Shown in pieces: positions 8,276 through 20,127 of a stretch of 58,770 nucleotides of DNA (its first letter is position 1; each line of letters opens with the position of its first letter). The stretch spans positions 1-58,770 of the forward strand of contig NIVC01004128.1 of assembly GCA_002269645.1 (NCBI GenBank), given 5' to 3'. This DNA is from Macrostomum lignano. Lineage: Eukaryota. A program made the position numbers and the translations under genes. The notes beneath the pieces are model-generated. The model worked only from the letters and a program-made list of their open reading frames with translations. It was not told where the DNA came from and ran no database searches.

Positions 8276-9700
8276 GAAGCCATCGTTAATTTTGACGGCT
8301 TGCCTTTGTACCGAGCAAGCCACTTCGGTCTTTGGCCCATACTTATGTCTATTCCCAGCATATTCAGCAGACCTTTTCCAGTAGCCGTATGGGCTGGTTG
8401 TGGCAAGCCACCTCTGAATGATTATCTTCGACAATTTTGCGACGAGGCTAAACGTTTTCTTACGGGTCCAATAAAAATTATCGAAAATTTAAGCATCAGC
8501 TTCTCGACTATCCGATTTGTTTGCGATGCGCCTGCTCGAGCCTGGGTCTCAGTAACTCAAGGGCACATGTCGTACGTCGGTTGCATGTACTGCAGGGCTA
8601 CTGGACCTTATACCGACAACAGAGTAACATTTTCAACGAGCGTCGGGGAGTCTCGTAGCAGCCAACAATACCGAGAGGGAAAGGAGTCTAACCAGGAAAA
8701 TAAAAAAATCGCTCTATCGCCCCTTCTAAATTTGCCTAACATTAGTTTTGTCGATGCTTTTCCCCCTGACTACCAGCATGCCGTATGCCTTGGAGTCACA
8801 AGGAAGCTATTTTACCTATTTTTCGACAAATCTAATGGCAAGAAGTGTCTCGTCTATCCCGGTCCGATGAGCCTATTGGGCGACCGAATTACTATGGCTG
8901 CCGGTTGGACACCTTCAAACTTTCAACGAAGACCCCGGAAAATCGACTTGGAACTGAAGCACATGAAGGCTACTGAATTCAGACAGTACTTGCTGTACCT
9001 AGGACCTGTCCTCTTCAAAGGCATTTTAAATGAAGAAAGGTATAACCACTTTCTTTACCTCCATTTCGCCATTTACGCATACTCCAACGAAAGGTACTCC
9101 AAGTGGTGGACGCAGGCAAAAACTTGCATTGAAGTTTTTGTTGAACGGGCTGCCCACCTTTACGGCCAGAAGTTTATAAGTTTCAATCTTCACACTATTC
9201 TTCATTTGGATGAGTTTGTCCGAAAGCTAGGCAGTTTAAACAACTTTTCGACTTTCCCTTTCGAAAACTTTCTTGGATCTGTAAAGCGCCGCGTAAAGGT
9301 GACAAGGCACATGGCAGCGCATTCAGTTAAGCAGGTGCTCAGAGTTCGCGATCTTCTGTTGAATGAGCAGCGAATTCCACCGTTGAAATTCAGCACAAAG
9401 CGAGGTGATAATTGTTGCATAATCGACAAAGTATGCGTCCTAATCGAAGCTGTAAGTGAAGCTAATCAAGTCACTGGCAGGATTTTACACCCAGTTGACA
9501 ACATCTACGCCAACCCATATCCATCTTTGCGTCTGGGAATCGGCTTGTACAGGATGACATCTGGTGTTCTAACTGGCACACCTGAGCGAAAGTGCTGGAT
9601 TTTGCCTGCGAATCTGCTTGCCAATCTTGCTGGAGCGGACAGGGATCCAGCAAGCCATTTTTTTGTCATTCCTCTGACAGGTGACTCCGAGGAGGCCTGA
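8276..9700 (+). pseudogene. EnSpm/CACTA-superfamily transposase, 5' part cut off by the Polinton insertion
   Basis: NFDGLPLY...WPIL, FVCDAPAR, GH..Y.GCMYC, PDYQHAVCLGV, KATEFRQYLLYLGP, FNLHTILHL, FPFENFLG. The ORF-track N-terminus (8177-8275) is Polinton terminal DNA. Confidence 0.85.
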
Positions 9701-10793
9701 TGTACCCACTAAAAACGGGTTATCGGATTGACATCGGAATCTGGCCGGATTTTAGCAGGGCAATCGGAATCTGGTGGAACTAGATTTGCAAGCAAAAAAA
9801 CGATGAAAAATGTGCTCCAATGACATCCAAAAACTACACAAAGTATTTCCTGGCTTTCTTTGCTTCTCGGAAGCACCCCGGAAACATACCGGAATATGAG
9901 GCTCCATATTCCGACCGGAATTTACACTGCACCCGAGCCGTCACTTTCCGACAATAATTTTGAACGCAAGCTTCGCAAAAATATCAGCATACTTATCAAC
10001 TAGTATGATGACTGTCCACTTTGAAGAAAAAACTCTTTTAGACGGGAATTCTGCGCCCTCGCAATTTGCAAGAAGAACAGCTAGCAAGCTTTGTTTTACG
10101 CGATCAAGTGTTGAAGCTATTGACCAGTTTAATTTGCACACTTCCATTTTCACTAATTTGCGCTCGCTTGGAACATCAGCTCTTTTGAACACAGCTCCTT
10201 TAGCCAACACAGGACAGTGAGACCACAACTTTGAACTCTCTGCAACTTCATCTGTGGTTACACGCAAATACTATACTAGTATGCTACTCCTTTCGTTCAT
10301 TTAGTGCATTTCTTTAGTCTCCTATTATCTTGTATGCTTGAATTTTTTACTGGCGGACTATATAATCGCTAATTTCAGTAATAAAATATATTATTATTGT
10401 TTATTTGTGATAACAGCTAGCCAAAACTATTATACTATACCTAAAAAGAACAATTTGGTATACTGCAATACTGCATAGTGAGTTTTGACCATAGTGGCAC
10501 TTGCAGAAGCTTATTAATATTTGAGTACAGTATATGATAGGCACCAATTGTCCAGCTATACATAATATATACTGACATTGTACTATACTCATAGCCAGTT
10601 TCAATTCAGACCATCGCAAAGTAGTAAACAAGGGCCAATTCTATAAATTCTATCTAGTGCTAGTCCTAGATTTCTCATATTGAAAGAGACTGCAAATTAA
10701 AATAATTGACTACATTGTGTACTAAAAACATATAAGGCAAAAGCTAGTTCTAATAATAAATAAGTATTGTCATTTATTGATTAATTTGATTTA

Positions 10794-12704
10794 ATGGCTT
10801 TGCCAAGTCGTGCATCAAATAGACAGGTAGCCAGGGAAATGCAAGAAATACTACAAGAGCTTCCGACGATTGGGGCTACAAATATTGAGGCTAGGCTAGA
10901 TCTAGAAAATGTGATGGGACAAAATGAAGATACAAAGAGCAATGCTGAGCCTGAAGAGACATTCTTTGATGCAGTGGGTCCAATGCCAATGGACTTTGAT
11001 AGCCAAATGCATGCTCTTTTTGAGGAAGAAATGGATGAAGAAGTTGAAGAACAAGATGACTCTCTTGGCTATAATAGACCTCCGCCACTTACTTTGGTGC
11101 AAGAGTTACTATTGTTTTACATAACATTCAATATTACTAGTGCTGCCATGAATTACCTACTTCGGCTTTTGGCTCGTTTCTTCACTGACATACCCACTTC
11201 TGTCTACATGCTTAAGAGGCAGTGTCCAAGCACAGAGATCACGAGGTTCAATGTCAATAATGGTCATGTTGCCTTTCTCTCCATTGTGGACAATTTGAAA
11301 TTTTTACTTGATTCCAAAATCCTTACAATTCCATCTGGAATTACAAACTTCTTTGTTTCCTTAAGGGTAAATGTTGATGGTCTTCCTTTATTCAAGTCAT
11401 CTAGAATCAATCTTTGGCCTATATTGATGCTAGTAAATAATTGTTTTAGACCTGTGCCATTTGGCCTTTTTTGTGGCATTGGAAAGCCTGACCTACATGT
11501 CTTCTTAGAAAGGTTTTGTTCTGAAATTGCAGGTCTACAGAATGGTTTTGACTATAATATGAAAAGAATTTTTATTAAGTCAATTGTCTTTATCTGTGAC
11601 ACACCTGCTAGAAACTTTATTCAATGTTTGAAAGGTCATTCCAGTTATCTTGGCTGTAGTTGGTGTCGTCAAGTAGGAAATTACACAGGTGACAGAATTT
11701 GTTTTTCTAATACCATTGCAGAGGCTCGAACAAATCAAGATTATGAACAAGGGCGTGAAAATAACCAACTTGGTATTTCTCCACTAGCCAGGATTGTTCC
11801 AATGTATTCCAATTTTGTACCCGACCCAATGCATATTGTCTACTTAGGGGTTGTAAAGAAGTTGCTCAAATTTTACTTCCTTGGAGCAAAGCACATTCGA
11901 CTTGCTTGCAAGTTGTCATCCCAATTAAAAGAGGAAATAAATAGAAAAATAATGTATATTAAGGAATTTGTTCCTTCAGATTTTCAAAGACGGCTTCGCA
12001 CTTTTGCTGACATTGAATACTTTAAAGCAACGGAATTCCGCCAATGTCTTTTGTACTTTGGTCCGTTCCTTTTTAAGAATACCTTGCCAAAGGTCTACTT
12101 TAATCATTATCTATTATTGCATTGGTCAATTTCAGTCCTTAATTCACCTGAGTACTGTGAAATTTATTTTGATGCTGCTGAGGCTTGTTTGAAAAAGTTT
12201 GTTGCTGAGGCACCAAGCCTATATTACAACAGTGTAGTTTCTTATAATTGGCATGCTCTGTTGCACCTTCCTGAGTTTGTGCAAATGTATGGCCCACTTG
12301 ACACGTTTTCAGCTTTCCCTTTTGAAAACTACTTGCAATTGATCAAGAAGAGAATTCGTTGTACCAATCATGTTTTTGCCCAATCTGTCAACCAGTTGTT
12401 GAATGTGAGATTTTTATATTCTAATGACAAGTTGGGTGACATTGGTTTTACTAATAAGAGTCCTAATAACTGTGCTATTGTTGATGGAAAGGTTGTCATT
12501 GTCACCAATTTAAATGATGGTCTTATTTCAGGCCAGGTTCTCACATTTGATAGAAGCCTTTATTCCTATCCATATCCATCAAAATCAATTGGCATAGGCT
12601 ACTATAAGCATTCAAAGACATTTGTATCCAACTTGCAACCTTCTAAGAAGGCCATTCTAATTCCCTTTGGCGGAGACTATCTGGTCATTCCTTGCATCAA
12701 GTAA
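10794..12704 (+). CDS. EnSpm/CACTA-superfamily transposase, 636 aa, apparently intact
   Basis: NVDGLPLFKSS..LWPIL, ICDTPAR, GH..YLGCSWC, PDPMHIVYLGV, KATEFRQCLLYFGP, YNWHALLHL, FPFENYL. Confidence 0.9.
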   Translation: MALPSRASNRQVAREMQEILQELPTIGATNIEARLDLENVMGQNEDTKSNAEPEETFFDAVGPMPMDFDSQMHALFEEEMDEEVEEQDDSLGYNRPPPLTLVQELLLFYITFNITSAAMNYLLRLLARFFTDIPTSVYMLKRQCPSTEITRFNVNNGHVAFLSIVDNLKFLLDSKILTIPSGITNFFVSLRVNVDGLPLFKSSRINLWPILMLVNNCFRPVPFGLFCGIGKPDLHVFLERFCSEIAGLQNGFDYNMKRIFIKSIVFICDTPARNFIQCLKGHSSYLGCSWCRQVGNYTGDRICFSNTIAEARTNQDYEQGRENNQLGISPLARIVPMYSNFVPDPMHIVYLGVVKKLLKFYFLGAKHIRLACKLSSQLKEEINRKIMYIKEFVPSDFQRRLRTFADIEYFKATEFRQCLLYFGPFLFKNTLPKVYFNHYLLLHWSISVLNSPEYCEIYFDAAEACLKKFVAEAPSLYYNSVVSYNWHALLHLPEFVQMYGPLDTFSAFPFENYLQLIKKRIRCTNHVFAQSVNQLLNVRFLYSNDKLGDIGFTNKSPNNCAIVDGKVVIVTNLNDGLISGQVLTFDRSLYSYPYPSKSIGIGYYKHSKTFVSNLQPSKKAILIPFGGDYLVIPCIK

Positions 12705-13405
12705 ATCAAGTTATTTGCCTGAAGTCCATCGTCCATAATTGTGTCTTGCCTAAGTTGTTTACAAATGTAATTGTGTATACAGTCAGCAAATATAATTTAA
12801 TTAGGTCTAGAATAAAAAAATATATAATTCCATATATATTATATAATATTGAAGTAGTATAGCCATTATAGCCATTAACAAACTAAAGCATTTGTTCGGA
12901 TCATGGTATGAAATAAGATGATCATTATTATTTTTATTATTATTATTAATTAATTTTATTACAAAAAACAATTATTATTGTTTTGTATAATTTCTATGCT
13001 TTATTATAACCTTCCTAAGTGCTTGCAAATATGAGTACGTATTATTTAAGTAATGTGTCCTTCAATGTGAATGTCCTAGTCAGACTATTTATGATTTTTG
13101 TGGCAGAATTCTAGTGTAAATGTATTTTGACAAGTTGTCTACTAGTAAGTTAGCAAGTAGCAATAGGCCCCTATGAACAATTCAATAAACATTTTTTGTG
13201 TATCCTCTAAATTTGTAACTCACTTGTTCCAATGGAATAATTACATGTTATGTGCCATATTATGCTGTAAAAACTTTAGTTACTGCTTGGCCAACATTAC
13301 ACCACAATGAGTAAATAGTCCTTCTTAGTACATGCAGTGTCTTGTGCAGTTGCTAAATCATTAAATAATAAAACTTTAGTTCAGTAATCTTGTTGCAGTG
13401 ACTCA

Positions 13406-15916
13406 ATGAAGTTTATTGTGTATTTTACCTCTGACTATGAAGTAATAGAAGCTGATGAGGAAGATTGCCTTCTTGGCTCTTTTACTAAGTGGACTATTGA
13501 GCAATGGAGGCAAGTGGACAAACTTGAAGAAGTTCATATTCAGGTAATATATAATGACAAGTTGGAAGATTGCATTGTTTTGCAAGTTGTTCCACATGCC
13601 TGTGACACCAGTGACACTGTTGCCATGCTACGAGCTGTGGTCAAAGAGAAGCACTATCGTCCAAGCAAGCTACTAAAGATTCTGCCAGATCGTGTTCGAT
13701 CCAACAAAAGACAGACATTTCCTCCTATGAAGAATCTTGAGACAGACAATGATGCAACAGATATTGATGCTGTAAGTATAATGTAAAATAATATTTAATT
13801 TAATATTTAGTATACAACTAAGGTCTGCCACGTGCGTTAATATAAAATATAAAATAATATAATTGTAGGTTGCTGATGCAGCCAGCCATGGACAAGCCAA
13901 CCGGGGTCCCACACAGAGAAGTGAATCATTGTCTGGGTCTTCTGGTGTTGTTTGCCTCCCTCCACTGCCAACTCTGCAAGCTTCGGGAATTGCAGAAGTA
14001 CGTGCTTACATTTGTGTCTATTTAAAAATGTCAAGCATTTATAGTCTTTATGTATTCATGCATTTGGAGTACAGTATGCTTATTAATTTCAAATTATTGC
14101 ACTTGGCAGTTTGCCAGACATATTACAAAATGATTGAGACAGTTTTAATAGTTTGGATTTTATTCTTTTCTTTAATTTCTCTAATCTAACACTGTCTTCA
14201 CCTCACCCCAATGCCAGGCTAGCGTGACGGCTTGTTGTCACACATCACATTGTTATGTTTATATCTATACACCTCTGTTATGTCTGCATCATCTCATTCA
14301 ATGCGTGTATGGTTACTGTTGAGTATATCATTTCTCCTACTATGTTACAGATTAACGTGCTGAGAAAAAAATTATCTATTCTAATCATTTCTTTACCAAC
14401 CCAGGCCTACGACGGCACAATGGCGCAGAGCACTGTCAGGAAACTTCAGAACCGCACCTCCATGGCACCTCCACCAGAACCGCAGTCGATCGACAGCCCA
14501 GCCTTTGAGCGACTGCACCCTCAAGCAGCTCTCAATTCGTCTGGAAGCTCGACGCCTACTCGACACCCGTCTAGGCAGTTTTCGTGCACTCCAACTTCAG
14601 CCCCAAGAGCCAGCTTCTCGCGCGAACAGCTGCGACAGCCTGCGCAGGTAATTTGTAAAACTCGTTTCATGAAGTCTTGCAACAGTTTTTTTCAGAACTT
14701 GCCACGGTTTCTAACGAAAATTTAATCCACAGTTTTCAGCTCTGCCTCAGCTGGAAACGCAAGCCAGAAGCCAGGTTGAGGCTTGTGGGTACACGTGGGG
14801 ATCTGTTGAAGGTAATGGAGTTATTGTTATTGACGCTGAGATAGCAGTAGTTGACAACAGCCGCAAAATGTAACTGGTGACCAGCGCACACTCGTTGTTT
14901 GAACAGCTAGGTGGATGAAATCGACAGCGTCTAGCTTGGAACTGGCACGTAAATTGAAGTTAATTTACTATGCAACTTTCAACTCATTATTCAGGGCTCT
15001 ACTGTCTGCAGCTCTTGAGCATTCGCGAACTCATGAAGCTAAAGGCCACGATTGAGTCGTCCAGTCTCCGGGGAGCTGCTGCGGCACCCACGCTCGAAAT
15101 TCCATTCGGGCTTCCTGTCGCAAACGAGGCCGACCTCAACAGTGCAGTCGAGAAGATTTCTGCCAGTGCGGAGGCCAAGACTGCGCTGGTTAGTTAATAT
15201 CTTATGAGCATTTCTCTTACTATTAAACTTCCACCATGCGTTCGGAACTTCGGTACTGTAGACTCGGGGAAATGGTCCAGACGCTTTCATGTGTGAATTT
15301 TAGACTTCGTTCATTCAGAAAAAGTGCCTGGGCCCTTCTGTGACTCAGTCTGTTCGCTATGCGATGAACGAGCTTCTGGCGCGAGACTTCCAGCAGCGCT
15401 TCAATCGCACTGGCGGCAAGGATGCCCGAGGCCGTGGCCAACAAGAGAACTCCAAGATGTCTTTCGACAAGTGCTTTGGAGGGATTGTGAAGGGTAGGTT
15501 ATGCTTTACTGTCGCATATGTACCAATTACCAGAGTTGATTCTTAATAGTGATATCAATAGTGATATACTGTCTGATACAACGTACTGATAAATGTACGG
15601 GGTGGGTACTGCCATAACCATACGTATTCATGCCGTAATTCATACATGTATTTCTCTCAGGTCAACAGTTGTGGACTTGACAACCTGCTTATGTTGTGAT
15701 TGTCAAATTTCAGACGCGTTGGGCTCTTCATTTACGCTGCACGACATCAATAAGGCAATCGAACGGTTCTTCGATGGCGTCCGGAAGCGTCGAAGCCACG
15801 AGGGATCAGCTGAATCGGACGTGGCCGGCGGGCATGGCGCCCCCACTCCAAGCAGGCGTCGCTCGACGATGCGAGTGCAACGCATATCCGACAGCACTGA
15901 CGAGGAAAATATGTAA
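13406..15916 (+). CDS. Spliced accessory gene of the EnSpm element with a DUF4806-like C-terminal domain; exon boundaries approximate
   Basis: GC-richer coding islands bounded by AG/GT. Segments LPVANEADLNSAVEKI, GPSVTQSVRYAMNELLARDFQQRFNRTGG...KMSF and DINKAIERFFDGVRKR resemble the domain that accompanies animal EnSpm transposases. Confidence 0.5.
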
Positions 15917-17589
15917 CTTGGTGGCATAGTAAAAAATTGTCCCTTTCGTCGAAACTTCGCGCTAACTTAAATTTTAACTGCTCCGAGACCGAAATGCTAG
16001 TGTAGTACAACTGGGTTTGAAGGCCGCGAATTTGAACAGTTTCACTACAGCAATTTAACGTCTTCAGTTCACTCGCAGCGCAGCGCCTTACAATTGTTCA
16101 CTCGATTGCAGCGCGCTTTTCAAACTGGTGCGATTATATTTTAATTAGACAACGATTAAAATAATTTATAATTAATATTTGCTTTATTTTCAAGGGTCAA
16201 AAAAGTAGAAATTAATAACATAATAATGCTATTTGCAATTGCTATAGTTACTATATAGCAACAATTAAATATTTAGTGCAATTTTAACAGAACATTTTCA
16301 GCCGCACTACACTAGGCCTAATCAAATTGACCTAACAACTATAAAATACTTGTCGAACTGTCTCCAACCTGCACCCTATTAGTGACTGCTTTGGTGGCCC
16401 ACCACGCGTTGCTGCAATGTTCTATTTTGTAAACACTAAATAAACACTTATTATTCCTTTCCATCTGCTGCCATTGAGCAATTTTGTATTTGATGTAAAA
16501 TGATGCACACCCGGTCTTTGTGTCATTGAATTTTCAGACGGGATCGGGCTGTCTAAATGTACATGCGTGACTGCGTGTACACTGATCTTCGGCTACATTG
16601 TAGCACATGCATGTTTGTACTCGCTTTGTGCTTCGTCATTTATATCAGCTCGGAAAGTGAAACGAAAAGCTCTGGATGAGTCCGATCGTCAAATCCGATC
16701 AGAATCCGAATGGATTTCCCGGGACAAATTTCCACTCGGTTTCCGAGCTGCATTTCCGATCGGAATCCGACCAAGCTTTTTTAGTGGGTAGGACGCGTGA
16801 GTCGCAAGTGAGTACTAAAAATATCTTTCTCTGGTTTTTTATATCAATCCGATTTCCTTCTATCTCGATTCTCGTATTCCCTGTATTCTGCAATTCTGCA
16901 ATTTCTTCCTGTATATGTTCTCAGCTTCAACACGCAGACATGATTGTAGATTGTGAGTTAAATATTAGTATATTACGATGCATACTCGATCGCAACTGCC
17001 ATTTTATCTTTACTTTTAGGATCCGCAGTTTCACGAGTTTACTACAAGCCTGGCGATCGGTCATTCATGAACTGGAGTTATTTTAGAGACTGATTATATT
17101 GATTCTATCTTTATTGTTTACATTCTTGAACCCTAGAATTAGGTACAGCTTAAAATTCGGTGTTATAGAGGCCGGAGGGGTAATTTAGCTCAAAACTGTG
17201 TAGGAGGGGTGGAGGGGCCGGAAACTTAGTGGGAGGTGATGCCGCTGTATGTGGCTGAAATGGGGGATTTATTTTCTTAAACCCCAGTATACGAGTATGA
17301 AATACTAATGGTATTGTATACAGTATTCCTACCTCCAATTCAAGCCAACAGAATTTTTGTAATATTTTACTTATCCCATTGATAATAATCAACTAGCTGC
17401 ACAACTGTAATTTCCATCTGTTACCATCTTGTTTTACTTTTAAGCACATATAAAATGCTATGAATATTTTCTTTCTTTTGCTGGCACCTATTTTAGGTCA
17501 GATCGAATCAATACTTTCCGTATCAAAGTATTTATGTGTTTATGCTAGGTTGTAACTTATAAAATATATATATAAAATATATAACAAAG

Positions 17590-17593
<4 letters not shown>

Positions 17594-17625
<32 letters not shown>
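17594..17625. repeat. (TA)n microsatellite
   Basis: Direct. Confidence 0.95.
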
Positions 17626-17628
<3 letters not shown>

Positions 17629-18502
17629 CTTGTCAAGCCTCGCACGAAATTCGTCTTTGTTCTTCCTTTATCTTTGGTGCAATATGGGAATAGAAAAAAC
17701 TTGATGACCTGCACTGATAAGGAGTCAGGACAGTTTGTTTGTTTCGCATAGGTTCGCTTAAGCAGGCAAGAACGGTACAACGTAGAAATTCCCATATCAC
17801 TTCTCTAGCCTTTCTTCTAACCCCCCCCCACCCAACTGAAATGAATTGGCCAAAATTAGCTGTCACCTCTAGGTTAAAATAATTCCTTGCATTGCCCTGT
17901 CATTACGGGTTATTGCCACTGGCCAGGAAATTCAAAACATTTTTCTAAGAGCAACTCAAAATGAGTAAGCTTTATACAGGCTATAATTGATGAGAGATTT
18001 CTGTTAATGAGAGATAAAGCCCACACGGGTTTTATTGATGTCGGGTTGTAAAAGACGATCGCAAATAGAGAACAATATAGCGAGAATATTCAAGCTGGCG
18101 GACGTGCGCCGAGCTATAATTTTCTGTTAACTCGGGGATTCAGTAAGACTAGAATAATTGAGTGGCAAAAACTGTCATGAGAACGCAAAGGCACTTTGAA
18201 ACCTTTATGATTCAGTGGATTTATTCATCCGGAAAAATGACAAGGCGGGGGTTAGATTGTTATTTATTCATGACCTGTCCCATTTGAGCTCTGACCGCCT
18301 CTGAATATGAAAACTGAGAAAATATCTATGTCTATGTATCCCTCCTTATCAAAATGTGACTGAGTGACTGTGCCCTACTCGTAATCGGGGAGATAAATGA
18401 AGGGGAGACAGGGGAGACAGTCTCCTATCTCCAATCTCCCATGTCTCTTATTTGCCATTATGCAGTTAACTGGGCCCGTCATGCATAGCCTACTGCAGGC
18501 TG

Positions 18503-19060
18503 CAGGGGTCAGCAAACTCCAGCCCACGGGCCACATGCGGCCCGCAGTCTCTCTATCCAGCCCTCGGGTCCTTTCTAACTTCCCATGCCAATAACAATCC
18601 AGCCCGCTCAAGGTTTGCATCTCTTCTCAGCTTTTTTGCTAATTTCTTCTCCTTTTCTCATCAAAATCTCCCCTCTCTCCTCCTTTCCCCTCTTTCCTTG
18701 CTCCCAGTGGCGCAACCAGGGGGGGGCGGGGGGGGCGGTCCCCCCCCCCTTAGGCGGAGACCCAGAAAAAATTGAAGGGGGGACCAAGCGAATTTTCGCC
18801 AAAAACAGAGCCTCCCCTCCGCCCCCTCCCTCACGGGACTTTACCTTCCAGAATCCGCCCCCCCCCTCAAAAAATTTCTGGTTGCCCTACTGCTTGCTCC
18901 CTTCCTCTGACATCTCTCCTTTCGCCTCTCTCCTCTCTCCCTTTATCTCCCTTCTTTCTCTCATCTCGCCTCTCTCCTCTCTTCCCTCCTCTCACATCTC
19001 ACATCTCTCCCCTCTCCCCTCCACTCTCCTCCTTCTGGCCCGCAGTCTTGAGCTAGATTC
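18503..19060 (+). mobile_element. hAT-like non-autonomous element (CAGGGG...GCAAACT terminus); related inverted fragment at ~41140-41229; right end approximate
   Basis: 18503-18590 aligns by eye with the reverse complement of 41140-41229. Confidence 0.5.
18705..18892. mobile_element. hAT-type MITE, 188 bp, 8-bp TSD CTTGCTCC
   Basis: TIR CAGTGGCGCAACCAG / CTGGTTGCCCTACTG; CTTGCTCC at 18697-18704 and 18893-18900. Confidence 0.85.
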
Positions 19061-19778
19061 TCTATCTGGCACTTAAAGTAAAATAGTTAGCCAATCCCTC
19101 GCAAGGAATTTCGATCATTACAATGAGCAAAAGTTGACATTAACAAAATTTTGGCGGGCGCGTTGTGCCAAGCCTGAACAGCTTCTCTAGACAGCACTCT
19201 GTGCTCTCCAGAATTACTTGAACTGTTAGCAGTGGCGCAAGCAGAATTTCTTATGTGGGGAGGGGGGGGCGGATTCTGAAGGGTAAAGACCCAAGGGGGG
19301 CGGAGGGGTGGCTCTGTATTTTGGCAAAAATGCGCTTGGTCCCCCTTTAATACAGCTTGGCAAACCTGATTGATTTTCCGGGATTTCCCCTGTCCTAGTT
19401 GTATTTCTCTAAAATTCTGGAAGATAAATCGAGATTCTAGATAATAGCTGCATCTAAGATTAGTTTGTTTTGCTATCGCATTGTACCGTACAATTAATTA
19501 TTGAAAATTTTAAACCTTTGCTGGCATACGCATATGTTATCTTTGACCTTACCTGTTGTTTAATAGGTAAATTATTACTGTATGGAGGTACATGTAGATA
19601 TAGGCATTTTGACTGTCAACTGTCCACCCCATACAAGCATACGGCTTTCAAATAATTATGCAACCTTGTGCAAGGGTATGCCGCCTACTTACATGTAAAA
19701 CTTTGAAATGAGTATTTATTTACGCCGCTATCCAAGGGGGGGGGGCGCGGCCGCGGGAGACCGACAGCGGAGACCGCC

Positions 19779-20127
19779 ACAATTTGCCCGCCAGACAATT
19801 TGCCCGCCAGACAATTTGCCCGCCAGACAATTTGCCCGCCAGACAATTTGCCCGCCAGACAATTTGCCCGCCAGACAATTTGCCCGCCAGAAAATTTGCC
19901 CGCCAGACAATTTGCCCGCCAGACAATTTGCCCGCCAGACAATTTGCCCGCCAGACAATTTGCCCGCCAGACAATTTGCCCGCCAGACAATTTGCCCGCC
20001 AGACAATTTGCCCGCCAGACAATTTGCCCGCCAGACAATTTGCCCGCCAGACAATTTGCCCGCCAGACAATTTGCCCGCCAGACAATTTGCCCGCCAGAC
20101 AATTTGCCCGCCAGACAATTTGCCCGC
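19779..20127. repeat. 16-bp tandem array (ACAATTTGCCCGCCAG), about 21 copies
   Basis: Near-perfect array; inverted motif copy CAAATTGTGGCGGT at ~20159-20172. Confidence 0.95.

Larger units (their letters stand above)
9705..16788 (+). mobile_element. Complete EnSpm/CACTA-type DNA transposon, about 7.1 kb, TA target duplication
   Basis: Termini CCCACTAAAAA (9705) and TTTTTAGTGGG (16788), subterminal TCGGA/TCCGA repeats at both ends, TA on both flanks (9703-04, 16789-90); contains a transposase and an accessory gene. Confidence 0.8.
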
